From a virus (lineage: Duplodnaviria; Heunggongvirae; Uroviricota; Caudoviricetes), in the IMG/VR virus record IMGVR_UViG_3300042863_001217: DNA of 64,000 bases; one strand, 5' to 3'. Made by a program: the position numbers and the translations under genes. The stretch's first letter is position 1. Each line of letters starts with the position of its first letter. The notes beneath the pieces are model-generated. The model worked only from the letters and a program-made list of their open reading frames with translations, was not told the DNA's origin and made no database searches. Below are positions 1 through 9,117 of the stretch, piece by piece.

Positions 1-108
1 AGGGTCATGATTCATGCACTTAACCAACTGCATGCCCTTTCTTTGATTTTCTACCATTATTTAATATTTTATATTATGTTCGTTATATGATCTTTTTTAA
101 ATCAAGTT

Positions 109-912
109 TCAAATTAGATTAGAATTTACAAAATGCACTATATTATTTAAATCTGGATTGTGAAGTGTCCAATGATTAAATCCAAGTGATTCCATTCTAT
201 CGTAGATTTTTTGGGCTTTAGTTTCACCAATAGCATCAACGTGTAATTCCATAGATACACATCGAGTATTCTTTAGAAACTGATCACTCATACCATCAAA
301 TGCAAATATCTCTGCACCTTCAATATCCATCTTAATAAAGTCAGGTTGTTCAATTAATCTATTATTAATCATGGTGTCTACCGTCATTGACATTACGTTC
401 TGTAAAACGCCATCATCATATTTAACAATCGAGCTTCCACCTGGACAATCTGATTTGTAAGCTATTTTAACTAATTGATTATCAGTATTTGAAATGGCTA
501 CTTTGAACACTTCACATTGCTCTGGTTTATTTAGTAAGAGAAGCAAAAAGTTTTCATTTGTAGGTTCTACACTATAAATCTTCTTGGCACCTTTTGCCGC
601 AGCAAATCTACTAAAAACACCAATATTTGCACCTAAGTCCAAAACCACATCATTCGGTCTGATTTCGCATGCACCTCTTTGGTATAAGCAATCGTCAGTA
701 TAACCTCCAGAATGACAGTCAAATATTTCATAGTAGATCAAAACGGGTTCATCTATGATTCCCGCACTATAACTAGGGAAAACGTTATTTCGCACTACAT
801 ATTCCTCTTTAGCTAAATCTCTGTATTGAAGCCTAGATTCAGTTGAGGTCCAATAATTTGTATTTTGTTCTTTCATAATTCCTGTATTAATCATTATATG
901 TTTCCTTTGCAT
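109..912 (-). CDS. FkbM-family SAM-dependent methyltransferase
   Basis: 267-aa ORF. Motif VLDLGANIGVFSRF is typical of the FkbM/Methyltransf_21 family. Confidence 0.55.
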   Translation of the reverse strand: MQRKHIMINTGIMKEQNTNYWTSTESRLQYRDLAKEEYVVRNNVFPSYSAGIIDEPVLIYYEIFDCHSGGYTDDCLYQRGACEIRPNDVVLDLGANIGVFSRFAAAKGAKKIYSVEPTNENFLLLLLNKPEQCEVFKVAISNTDNQLVKIAYKSDCPGGSSIVKYDDGVLQNVMSMTVDTMINNRLIEQPDFIKMDIEGAEIFAFDGMSDQFLKNTRCVSMELHVDAIGETKAQKIYDRMESLGFNHWTLHNPDLNNIVHFVNSNLI

Positions 913-2511
913 TTAGTTTCATCTCTCATAGTTAGTTCAAGTCTCTGGGAAAATTAGATTTTGGGAAAATTTCAGCTAGGGAAAACCCCACCAAACGCTT
1001 CACACCATTAGGTACCCACATGGTCGTTCCGACCCAAATCTAGGCCCTGCTTAGTTTCTGGCACACTACTAATACACATGGATGTGGTATCCCAATTTCT
1101 ATTCTGTACCAGTGATTGCTCTGGCCAACTCGCAGTTACTCTGATCCTCTTTAAATACCATTGGCGTGGACGTGTGACCATAGTAAGTCTTGGATAGTCG
1201 CTGGGGTTTTTGGCATTCTGCAGGGTCAGTCTTGGTCTAGGTCACTGATTAGTTATATGGCTCAGATCAAGTGTGTAAGACACATCACTCTGTGTACTCT
1301 CTTTTTTTTCGCTGGTCCTTAAGGTATTCTGGTTCTTTAAGTACTAAGACATTTTAAGTGTCTAAGTGTCTAAGTTAATCCTCTATGGTTTATCTGAGTA
1401 CTCTGAATGCTCTGATACCTGGAAGTCATTTCTTGTCGCGCGCGCTTCATGTCGATCGGGCCCTTGGAGCTTAGTCCCCCGGGGACCCAATTTTTTGGGA
1501 ACCGGCGACATTGAACAAGTCGCGATTCTGTCGGGCCTGTCTGGCTCTTGAGTACTCTTTGTTTTGGGGGTATACAATCGAGGGTCTGATCCGAGTCCTC
1601 TAAGTGGTTTGAGTTGTTTGGCGCCATGAATAGGCCCTGAAGCGCTGGCCCCGGGGCGAGATAGTTAACGCCCATAGTTGACAGTCGAAAATGCGCTATA
1701 GCTAATATAGTAAGTGAAGGTCCATACCTTAAAATCGGCGTTTAATCGCGAGACATGCGCAATGCGCTTTTTAAAACCATGAATGGATCATGAGTGCTTA
1801 GTGTCTTATATGCTCCATGTGTTATATTAGGCCTTTATATACTCTGAGGCTTATAGAGCTCTCATGTGTATATGCTATATGTGTATATGTTTATACCCTA
1901 TATGGTTAATTAGCTTTATTAGCTTTATTGCTCTATATGGCTTAATTAGCTTATTTGTCTTAATTGCGTACAGGCTAAGGCAGGTAAGCTCTGGCGTACT
2001 GTTGGTGCTCTAGGCTCTATAGAGCTCTGTAGCTCTCTGTCTCTCTACTGTTATTGGCTAATCAGCTGATACTGTTGGTGTGCTGGTGCTCTTGGTGTGT
2101 CTGTGCTCTCTGTAGTACCTATTAGCCTATTAGTCTATTGCTAATATTAGCTCTCTGGTGAATTATTAGTCCTCTGTAGATATTAGCGCTATATTTGCTT
2201 CCGGCGAGCGCTCTGGGAGCTTATTTGGACTTATTTAGCTCCTGGGAAGCTCCTGGTGACTATATTTAGCTCCCGGAGAGCTCCTGGGAAGCTTCCTGGG
2301 GCTTACTCTGGGGAAGCTCCTGGGGACTTACTCCTGGAAGCTTCCTGGGAGCGCTGCTGGCGCTAATCTTACCTCTGGCGTGAAATCCTACTTTATATGC
2401 TCCGGCGGGGCTTTTGTTTCAAAGTGATCTGGGTAGTCTGGGGTCCTTGCACGAAATGTTCGTAACTTTACTAAAAATAAGTGCTTAAATATTTTTTTAT
2501 TTGGATTATTA

Positions 2512-2548
2512 TGTGTATATTTACTCTATAATTAAAACACTAAACAAT
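2512..2548 (+). promoter_or_regulatory. Conserved promoter/leader module (GTGTATATTTACTCTATAATTAAAAC...) directly upstream of the ATG
   Basis: One of at least 7 near-identical copies in the plus cassette. Contains a TATAAT -10-like hexamer. The copy runs into the start codon ATGTCAAA. Confidence 0.45.
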
Positions 2549-3046
2549 ATGTCAAACATGATTTTTAACCAAGAGAAGATTAACCAAGTAGATTTTATTA
2601 ATGGCCGTACTGGTCAGTATAGAGCAGTAGTAAAAGTTAAAGCCGGTTTTATGACCGTAGTAGATGACTTAGGTATACAATGTAACTGGGCTTCAGGTGC
2701 CAGATGGAAGTCTGCCTTATCTGTATTCCAATCATTTAAACGTGGTGCTTTACAGACCATTGAATTTAAGGCTGATGGGTCTGACTCTTGGCTTACTGTC
2801 TTTGCCCGTAAAGGTAATAAGATCATGTTAATGGACACTGATATGTTCTTAACTATGACTGTCGGTGATATTAACCAAGACTGGTCTACCACTAACCTTT
2901 ATAGTCAAGCTAACTATAAGATGGCTGGAGCTAAGACATGGGCTGATAAAGCCTTTGTTAGTAATACTGTTACTATAGAGGAGTTAAATCCTATTATAGC
3001 TGGTGTTGACTTCTCTGAGTCTTTGGCTGCCTTAGCTGCTCTTTAA
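2549..3046 (+). CDS. Hypothetical early/accessory protein (start trimmed to MSNMIFNQ...)
   Basis: In-frame ATG immediately after the conserved leader module. The annotated upstream M would lie inside the promoter element. Confidence 0.5.
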   Translation: MSNMIFNQEKINQVDFINGRTGQYRAVVKVKAGFMTVVDDLGIQCNWASGARWKSALSVFQSFKRGALQTIEFKADGSDSWLTVFARKGNKIMLMDTDMFLTMTVGDINQDWSTTNLYSQANYKMAGAKTWADKAFVSNTVTIEELNPIIAGVDFSESLAALAAL

Positions 3047-3093
3047 GATGTTCGTAACTTTTATCAGTTACCTATGTTCCATGTCATTTAAAT

Positions 3094-3129
3094 TGTGTAT
3101 ATTTACTCTATAATTAAAACTTAAACAAT
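3094..3129 (+). promoter_or_regulatory. Conserved promoter/leader module
   Basis: TGTGTATATTTACTCTATAATTAAAACTTAAACAAT followed by ATGTCAAAA. Confidence 0.45.
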
Positions 3130-3525
3130 ATGTCAAAAATTAATCAATTCGATCGTCAGTCATTACGCGCACTTCGTGCAGATTTGGACTCAGCAATGGC
3201 TGCCATTGCAACTAAGTATGGTATTCAGTTAAATGCTGGTAATATCTCATTCACATCAGATACTGCTACTATTAAAGTGGCTGCTGGTATTATCAAGAAC
3301 GGTACAGCTGTTACTGCTGAAGCCAAAGCCTTTGATCAGTATAAGCGTATGGTAGGTCTGGGTCACTTAAGTGTTGGTGATAGCATTACTCTTCAAGGTA
3401 AAGCATATACCATCACTGGTTATAAGCCTCGCTCTAGTAAAGCGCCTGTATGTGTTGAACATCGTGGTCGTGGCTTTAAGGTGTCAGTTGACATGGTTAA
3501 GATGTACAACTCAGTGCCTGCCTAA
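3130..3525 (+). CDS. Hypothetical protein
   Basis: 131-aa ORF preceded by the conserved module and followed by a hairpin plus T-run. Confidence 0.5.
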   Translation: MSKINQFDRQSLRALRADLDSAMAAIATKYGIQLNAGNISFTSDTATIKVAAGIIKNGTAVTAEAKAFDQYKRMVGLGHLSVGDSITLQGKAYTITGYKPRSSKAPVCVEHRGRGFKVSVDMVKMYNSVPA

Positions 3526-3549
3526 CTGTTAATAACTTTTGTGAAAATA

Positions 3550-3582
3550 GGTTGACAATTGCTTTGGGTTGTCAACCTTTTC
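3550..3582 (+). terminator. Rho-independent terminator-like hairpin
   Basis: GGTTGACAA-ttgctttggg-TTGTCAACC followed by TTTT. Confidence 0.45.
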
Positions 3583-4010
3583 ACGTATATTTACATATGA
3601 ATTTAAAAATAAGACACATGAAGTAGATGCTTAAAAATCAAAAAAGAGGTAGCACCTCAACAAGGGTTCGCTTTTTTCTCGGAGCGCAGAGGGTAGACTC
3701 CGACCTACGTGACACCCCCTCCCTCGATAGTGGTCCAAATGTTCGTAACTTTTATGAAAATAAATGCGCAATTGTTTTGGGTTGTCATTTAAATCACGTA
3801 TATTTACTATGTAATTAAAAATAAGCTATATGACGTAGATGACTAAAAATTCAAAAAGGGATAAAATCCCAACAGGGGCGGTCCTTTCAAAAGAAGGAGG
3901 AAGAGTAGACTCCGACCTGCTTTATATTTTTTTTATAAAGGCTGTTCATAACTATGTTAATAACTTTATTGAATTATTTTTAGGGGCCTATGTCCGGTTA
4001 AAGAAATTTG

Positions 4011-4046
4011 TTGTATATTTACTGTATAATTAAAACACTAAAAGAT
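4011..4046 (+). promoter_or_regulatory. Conserved promoter/leader module
   Basis: TTGTATATTTACTGTATAATTAAAACACTAAAAGAT followed by ATGTCAAAC. Confidence 0.45.
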
Positions 4047-4364
4047 ATGTCAAACATCAAAGATCAAATTCAGTCATGGGTAGCTACCGAAGCTCAAGCT
4101 ACTATTAATAACTACTATACTAAGGCATTGCCTAGTTTGCGTGTTCCAGAGCTTACCGTTAAATTTGGACAGAAATATGCCCAAGTCTGGAATGGTACTA
4201 CTATATGGGCTTTTATTGCTTTAACTGATGAGGTTGCCAAAGCACAACGTGTAGGTGACTTATTGAAGCCTGCTTCGTGGAGGGCTCCAGCTAAACATAG
4301 TCGTGGTAACATTATTGAAGGTACCGCTGCTTATGGTCCTTATGGTCCAGAGTACATAAAATAA
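4047..4364 (+). CDS. Hypothetical protein (start trimmed to MSNIKDQ...)
   Basis: ATG directly after the leader module. 105 aa. Confidence 0.5.
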   Translation: MSNIKDQIQSWVATEAQATINNYYTKALPSLRVPELTVKFGQKYAQVWNGTTIWAFIALTDEVAKAQRVGDLLKPASWRAPAKHSRGNIIEGTAAYGPYGPEYIK

Positions 4365-4406
4365 TTTGAAAATACTTGTCTAAATATTTTTTTATGTCGA
4401 GTATTA

Positions 4407-4443
4407 TGTGTATATTAGCTTTATAATTAAAAACAAACAGATC
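4407..4443 (+). promoter_or_regulatory. Conserved promoter/leader module (variant)
   Basis: TGTGTATATTAGCTTTATAATTAAAAACAAACAGATC followed by ATG. Confidence 0.4.
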
Positions 4444-4821
4444 ATGCCTTATATTTCAAAAGAACAAGTTAAAGTAAAACGAGAAGCCCTTAAGAAAGCC
4501 TTACCTCAGTTTAAGATGTCTATTACTACTGATAACTATAGTGGTATTAAAGTGGCTATCATGAAAGGTCCAGTTGATTTCGGTATTGAGTATGCTCAGT
4601 TAAATGAGTATGCTGATTATCGCGAACCACGTTGGGACAGAGACACTGAACAATATGTGTCCAATCCAGCTATAGCTGACCTAATGGAGACTGTGATGCC
4701 TATCTTAAATGATGGTATGCGTGAAGGTCATGATGATAGTGATTATGGTCATATACCTGATTACTATACTTGGGTTCATATTGGTCAATGGGATAAAGCC
4801 TACGAGGTGGTTAATGCGTAA
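4444..4821 (+). CDS. Hypothetical protein (MPYISKEQ...)
   Basis: ORF beginning after the leader module. 125 aa. Confidence 0.5.
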   Translation: MPYISKEQVKVKREALKKALPQFKMSITTDNYSGIKVAIMKGPVDFGIEYAQLNEYADYREPRWDRDTEQYVSNPAIADLMETVMPILNDGMREGHDDSDYGHIPDYYTWVHIGQWDKAYEVVNA

Positions 4822-5155
4822 ACTTAAAAAGTCTGATGTTAATGCTGATACACTGATGAGGTGGTCTAATCGTAAGTTAGGTCCCTCTAGGTGCAAACGT
4901 ATATTGATTGTAGATCGTAAAAGCCCTGATTACGGTTGGTATGATTGGCATGGTACAGTCTACATCAATATACGCAATATTAGTTCTATGACTTCAGTAT
5001 ACAGAACTATGGCGCACGAATGGACTCATGCTCAACAAACATATGGTCGGTATAATGCCTATCATAAGAAGCATGGCTATAAAAACAATCCATATGAGGT
5101 TGCTGCCCGCCGGAGAGAAAGAACTTGCTTTAGTGAATTGTTCGTAACTTTATAG
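4814..5155 (+). CDS. Small HExxH protein, putative zinc metallopeptidase-like
   Basis: Start ATG overlaps the stop of the upstream gene (aATGcgTAA). Begins MRKLKKSD. Contains MAHEWTHAQQ (an HExxH motif). The C-terminal codons overlap the TTGTTCGTAACTTTATAG box. Confidence 0.35.
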   Translation: MRKLKKSDVNADTLMRWSNRKLGPSRCKRILIVDRKSPDYGWYDWHGTVYINIRNISSMTSVYRTMAHEWTHAQQTYGRYNAYHKKHGYKNNPYEVAARRRERTCFSELFVTL

Positions 5156-5194
5156 AAAATAATTCACAAAAAGCTTTGGGTTGTCGTTTATATC

Positions 5195-5230
5195 GTGTAT
5201 ATTTACTCTATAATTAAAACACTAACAGAT
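5195..5230 (+). promoter_or_regulatory. Conserved promoter/leader module
   Basis: CGTGTATATTTACTCTATAATTAAAACACTAACAGAT followed by ATGTCAAAA. Confidence 0.45.
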
Positions 5231-5533
5231 ATGTCAAAAGAAACAATTTTAGTCCACACTCAATTTTACGAAAACTACAACGTCGGTCCTGATGGATTCG
5301 GTGAAACTCCATCTTGGAAAGCCAAAGGTGGTCATACCTTCTCAATTGAGATGGATGCTGATCTTTTAATGTACTCTGACTCTAAGGCTATTTTTAGCAA
5401 AATGTTAGAGATGCATAACACTATTGCAGAGCGTTTTGAATATATAGAGTATGAAATTCAATGGTCTAAACCAAGTCTTCTTGGGTATCAGGCTGATTAT
5501 ATAGCAGCTAACGAGGCTTTACAAACAGCCTAA
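5231..5533 (+). CDS. Hypothetical protein (MSKETIL...)
   Basis: 100-aa ORF after the leader module. Confidence 0.5.
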   Translation: MSKETILVHTQFYENYNVGPDGFGETPSWKAKGGHTFSIEMDADLLMYSDSKAIFSKMLEMHNTIAERFEYIEYEIQWSKPSLLGYQADYIAANEALQTA

Positions 5534-5586
5534 TCTTTTTTTGAAACAATTCATAATTTAACCATATAAAAATAAAAACAAATCTT

Positions 5587-6738
5587 ATGTCAGCAATCGC
5601 AACATTATCATCAGCAGTTCTTGAAAATCGTAGAGCTGAAACACGTAACTCTCAGTCAATTCGTAAAACTGTATCAGTACGTGATATTAACCTTGTTAAC
5701 GATACAACTATCGAGTATCAAGGTAAACGTCTAGAGATTACATCAGACGCATTCAAGTCTCTTATGAAATTGATCGGTATGTCAGCAACCTTTGCTGCTA
5801 AGTTCGAATCTCTATTTAACCCTGAGACCAAAGCAAAATTCGTTAACCAAATGAAAAACGCTATGGCAGCTCAGTTGAATGAGATCACCATTATATTGTC
5901 TCCACAGACTAAGAAGGTAGTTGGTTTCTCTAAGAATGCAACAGACCTTATTTCTCACGAACGTTTCATTTCATTGGCTGATCAAATTATCGATCAACAT
6001 GGCTTTGAAGTTACCAATTGGGGTGTAGATGCTACTAAAGGTTCAGTTATTATCAATGCTTTTAATCCTAAGGCACAATTTGACCTTGCAGGTCTTGGTT
6101 TAGCCAATGAGGTTTTCACCGCTGGTGTTACTCTTAAGAATTCACCTTTCGGAGGTATACAAGTTATGCCTTATGTTAACAGAATGTTCTGTACGAATGG
6201 CTTAACTACAGGATTGGCTAGCGAATCTTATTCACTATCTAATTTAAATCCTGAATCGATGGAGAACTTTCACCAACATATGAGTCAATTGCGTAAGAAT
6301 GGATTTGTACCTACTAATTTTGCTGAAACTGTGAAATTGGCTACTCAAACTCCAGCTTCTCTATGGGAAATGGAACGTGCATATAGTTCAATCAAACCAA
6401 TGGTTGGCGCACAAGCTGACTCTTGGATCCCTTTGAATGATAACTACTCAGCGTATACTAAAGCAGGTATGATGCCAGAAGGTTTCTCAGCTGCTCAAAA
6501 GAAAAACGCACGTACTGATCAATCAATCTGGTCATTGGTAAATGGTATGACTCACGTCGCTACACATGCACCAGAACAATTAGCATTTAACATGACTGAT
6601 AGAGAATCTACAGACTTGATGGTTAAAGCTGGTGGTATCTTCGGTAAGCAATTTGATTTAGGTAACACAATTCGTTCACCTTTCAAAGCAGATGCTCACT
6701 TAGAGGCTGAAATGCAAGTAGGAGCTTTATTAAACTAA
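5587..6738 (+). CDS. Hypothetical protein, 383 aa
   Basis: Long ORF with no recognisable motif. Lacks the conserved leader module. Followed by a long structured 3' region and a terminator. Confidence 0.55.
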   Translation: MSAIATLSSAVLENRRAETRNSQSIRKTVSVRDINLVNDTTIEYQGKRLEITSDAFKSLMKLIGMSATFAAKFESLFNPETKAKFVNQMKNAMAAQLNEITIILSPQTKKVVGFSKNATDLISHERFISLADQIIDQHGFEVTNWGVDATKGSVIINAFNPKAQFDLAGLGLANEVFTAGVTLKNSPFGGIQVMPYVNRMFCTNGLTTGLASESYSLSNLNPESMENFHQHMSQLRKNGFVPTNFAETVKLATQTPASLWEMERAYSSIKPMVGAQADSWIPLNDNYSAYTKAGMMPEGFSAAQKKNARTDQSIWSLVNGMTHVATHAPEQLAFNMTDRESTDLMVKAGGIFGKQFDLGNTIRSPFKADAHLEAEMQVGALLN

Positions 6739-6883
6739 AAACTCGTAACCTCATCCAGATCACAGACAATCGAAACTGTAAAATGGAGCTGTTGAAGATG
6801 AGGTTACTATGAAAACTGGGAGTATGGTTAGAGCAGCGTAAATTCTAGATAGCATTAAGACTCACGACCTAAGTCCCTTCCAA

Positions 6884-6913
6884 GCCGGTACTACATGTAC
6901 CGGCTTTCTTTTT
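6884..6913 (+). terminator. Rho-independent terminator
   Basis: GCCGGTAC-tacat-GTACCGGC followed by TTTCTTTTT. Confidence 0.6.
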
Positions 6914-6994
6914 GCTCCAAAGGCTGCCATTGGTGAATTATTTTCGCTTTTTTATGAAAATAAACGCAAATAAGCTTTGGGTTGTCATTTATTA

Positions 6995-7031
6995 TGTGTA
7001 TATTTACCTTATAATTAAAACACTAACAGAT
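6995..7031 (+). promoter_or_regulatory. Conserved promoter/leader module
   Basis: TGTGTATATTTACCTTATAATTAAAACACTAACAGAT followed by ATG. Confidence 0.45.
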
Positions 7032-7226
7032 ATGAAAGTCACAGTCAACATTTTACCATTTTTAGGAGCCTTAGTTATGGGTTTCATTAGTTACTCTATT
7101 ATGCAAGGTACTGCTCAAGAAGTGGTTCATTTTGCGGGTGTATTAAACGAGATCTTCACATTGGTTATGGCCATGATGATGACCTTAGGTCTTTTGATAA
7201 TGTCAATCTCAAAGGCTGCCAAATAA
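7032..7226 (+). CDS. Small membrane protein (MKVTVNILPFLGALVMGF...)
   Basis: 64 aa with two hydrophobic segments. ATG sits directly after the leader module. Confidence 0.4.
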   Translation: MKVTVNILPFLGALVMGFISYSIMQGTAQEVVHFAGVLNEIFTLVMAMMMTLGLLIMSISKAAK

Positions 7227-7273
7227 ATTGTTCGTAACTTTTACCTAATTTATTTTGGGTTGTCAAATAAAAG

Positions 7274-7310
7274 TTGTATATTAGCTCTATAATTAAAAGT
7301 CAAACACTAT
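7274..7310 (+). promoter_or_regulatory. Conserved promoter/leader module (variant)
   Basis: TTGTATATTAGCTCTATAATTAAAAGTCAAACACTAT followed by ATGTCAAAA. Confidence 0.4.
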
Positions 7311-8453
7311 ATGTCAAAATCATCTTACACAATTCACAAATTAGAGGCTGTTCCTAATAAGAAGCCTAATTTCAATCTTAAAAATATTGCTGATTCCGAG
7401 GACCAAGTCCTGATCACAGCAGAAAATCCTAAGTATGCCTATGTAGCAGAAAATCAGGGTCGTATTATTAACATCAACGGAGTTATGGCTTCAGGTGTTT
7501 TAAAGATGACCTCATCAGCTGACTACTATGATGCTTATGGTCTTAAACAAAAAACCAAGGTTGAGGTAGCCGCACCTAAAGCAGCTCCACTTAAAATCTC
7601 ATTAACCAAGTTAGATGACCTTAATTTCTCTGACGAGTTATTTAACCCTCTAACTACTGGTTTGGCAATAGACCAATTCTTATCTAATGACGGTGGCTTT
7701 ATGCCAGGTTCAAACATCATGGCTGCAGGTGCACCGGGTGTAGGTAAGACTACAGTTCTTTTAGAAACCTTATACGCAGTACAAAAGCAAGATCCTACCA
7801 AGCGTGTGCTGTTCATCTCAGCTGAAATGAACCAATTGGACATGGCTAGATACCTAAAAAGATTCCCACATTGGGGTCAGTTACCAATCTTATTCTTAAG
7901 TGACTATGTTGACCAAGATCCTCAAGCCGTAATAGAGCAAACATTGCAACAAGGTTGGGACATAGTCTTAACAGATAGTTACACCGAGGTGAATGACACA
8001 GTTAAAGAAGCTTGTAACATGACCAGAGGTAAAACTGAAAAGTGGTTCTTGGACATGATGATTGCCAATAACCAAGGTAAGAACCAAACCAAGAAGTATA
8101 CTACCTTCATCACCATTTTACAGTTATCTAAGGGTGGTACATTCGTCGGGTCCAACAAACTAAAACACATGACCACAGCCATGCTAGAATTAAACTGGAA
8201 AGGCAATGAGAATTCAGCTGAGCGTTATATGGAATTCAGTAAGAACCGTTTAGGCCAAGTAGGTCATAAGTTATTCTTTGACTTTACAGACGGAGTTAGT
8301 TTTGACACCAAGAGATACAAGCGAGATCTACTTAACTTGGAATTAATTGAGGATGAGAGAGCTAAGCTGACATCAGAAGAGGATAGCTTTGACCGTCTTT
8401 TCGGTGCTATACCTAATGAAAGTGACTCCACCCCGGCGGTAGAAGTAAACTAA
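7311..8453 (+). CDS. RecA-fold P-loop ATPase, DnaB-like helicase domain
   Basis: Walker A motif GAPGVGKTT. Downstream VLFISAEM resembles DnaB motif H1a (SLEM). ILQLSKGG resembles DnaB motif H3. Confidence 0.5.
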   Translation: MSKSSYTIHKLEAVPNKKPNFNLKNIADSEDQVLITAENPKYAYVAENQGRIININGVMASGVLKMTSSADYYDAYGLKQKTKVEVAAPKAAPLKISLTKLDDLNFSDELFNPLTTGLAIDQFLSNDGGFMPGSNIMAAGAPGVGKTTVLLETLYAVQKQDPTKRVLFISAEMNQLDMARYLKRFPHWGQLPILFLSDYVDQDPQAVIEQTLQQGWDIVLTDSYTEVNDTVKEACNMTRGKTEKWFLDMMIANNQGKNQTKKYTTFITILQLSKGGTFVGSNKLKHMTTAMLELNWKGNENSAERYMEFSKNRLGQVGHKLFFDFTDGVSFDTKRYKRDLLNLELIEDERAKLTSEEDSFDRLFGAIPNESDSTPAVEVN

Positions 8454-9117
8454 TTGCTCATTGGGCTCAGTGGAGCTCTTCAAATAATATCCGACCCGGC
8501 GGAGACATAGCACCGGGGCTTTTAATTATATCATGGGAGGCTTTGACACCTCCGTGCCCACACCAGACCTGACTAGTTTGGTGTTGTGGGATCCAGGGAG
8601 CTGACAGGGCTGTGGGAGCCTCTGGAGTGTGTATGTGTTAGCGTTCGCGTTTGACTCATCTCCTGGCGCACCGCAACACCAATGAACGATACTAATAAGC
8701 GCTATATATCTGATCCCCTGGGGACCTTACTGGATACGAGTTCGTTTTAAATTGTGGGGTTTGGTATTCTTACCACTTTTTACCACTTTATACCACTAAA
8801 TACCATAACGGGGCTTAAAACCTTAAAAGGGCTTAAAAGAGACGCTAAGGCGCTCCATTGGTGGTGGGACCATTACCATTTTTGTCTATTGGTATATCTG
8901 GTCTTTATTGCCCATACTATATAAGGGATTGCTAGAAGGATTACTATGTATATCATATTGGTTTATCTGGTATCTGGGTTAGGGTTTGAGTTTATCCTTA
9001 TCCCTTTGGAATTATCTTATATCTATCTAGTCTATTAGGATATGGTGTTTATTGTGTTGGTAGCGCGCGTTTTGGTTATGCTGGTTTTGATGGAAATAAT
9101 TGGGTTGGGTTGCGTGC

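Noticed and set aside
1366-1675. Three overlapping ORFs (61, 101 and 64 aa) on both strands
   Set aside because: They lie in a GC-rich palindromic island where stop codons are rare. The frames are mutually exclusive, there is no start context, and the region looks non-coding.
2614-2892. Antisense small ORFs inside plus-cassette genes (2614..2892, 4115..4312, 4705..4896, 7535..7843, 7979..8206)
   Set aside because: They lie fully inside better-supported genes on the other strand and have no promoter or leader module.
3627-4033. 63-aa and 64-aa ORFs inside the paralogous ncRNA-like units
   Set aside because: The conservation between the units is at the DNA level, including regions outside the ORFs. 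The shared peptide is minimal. I kept this as an ncRNA candidate, not as CDS.
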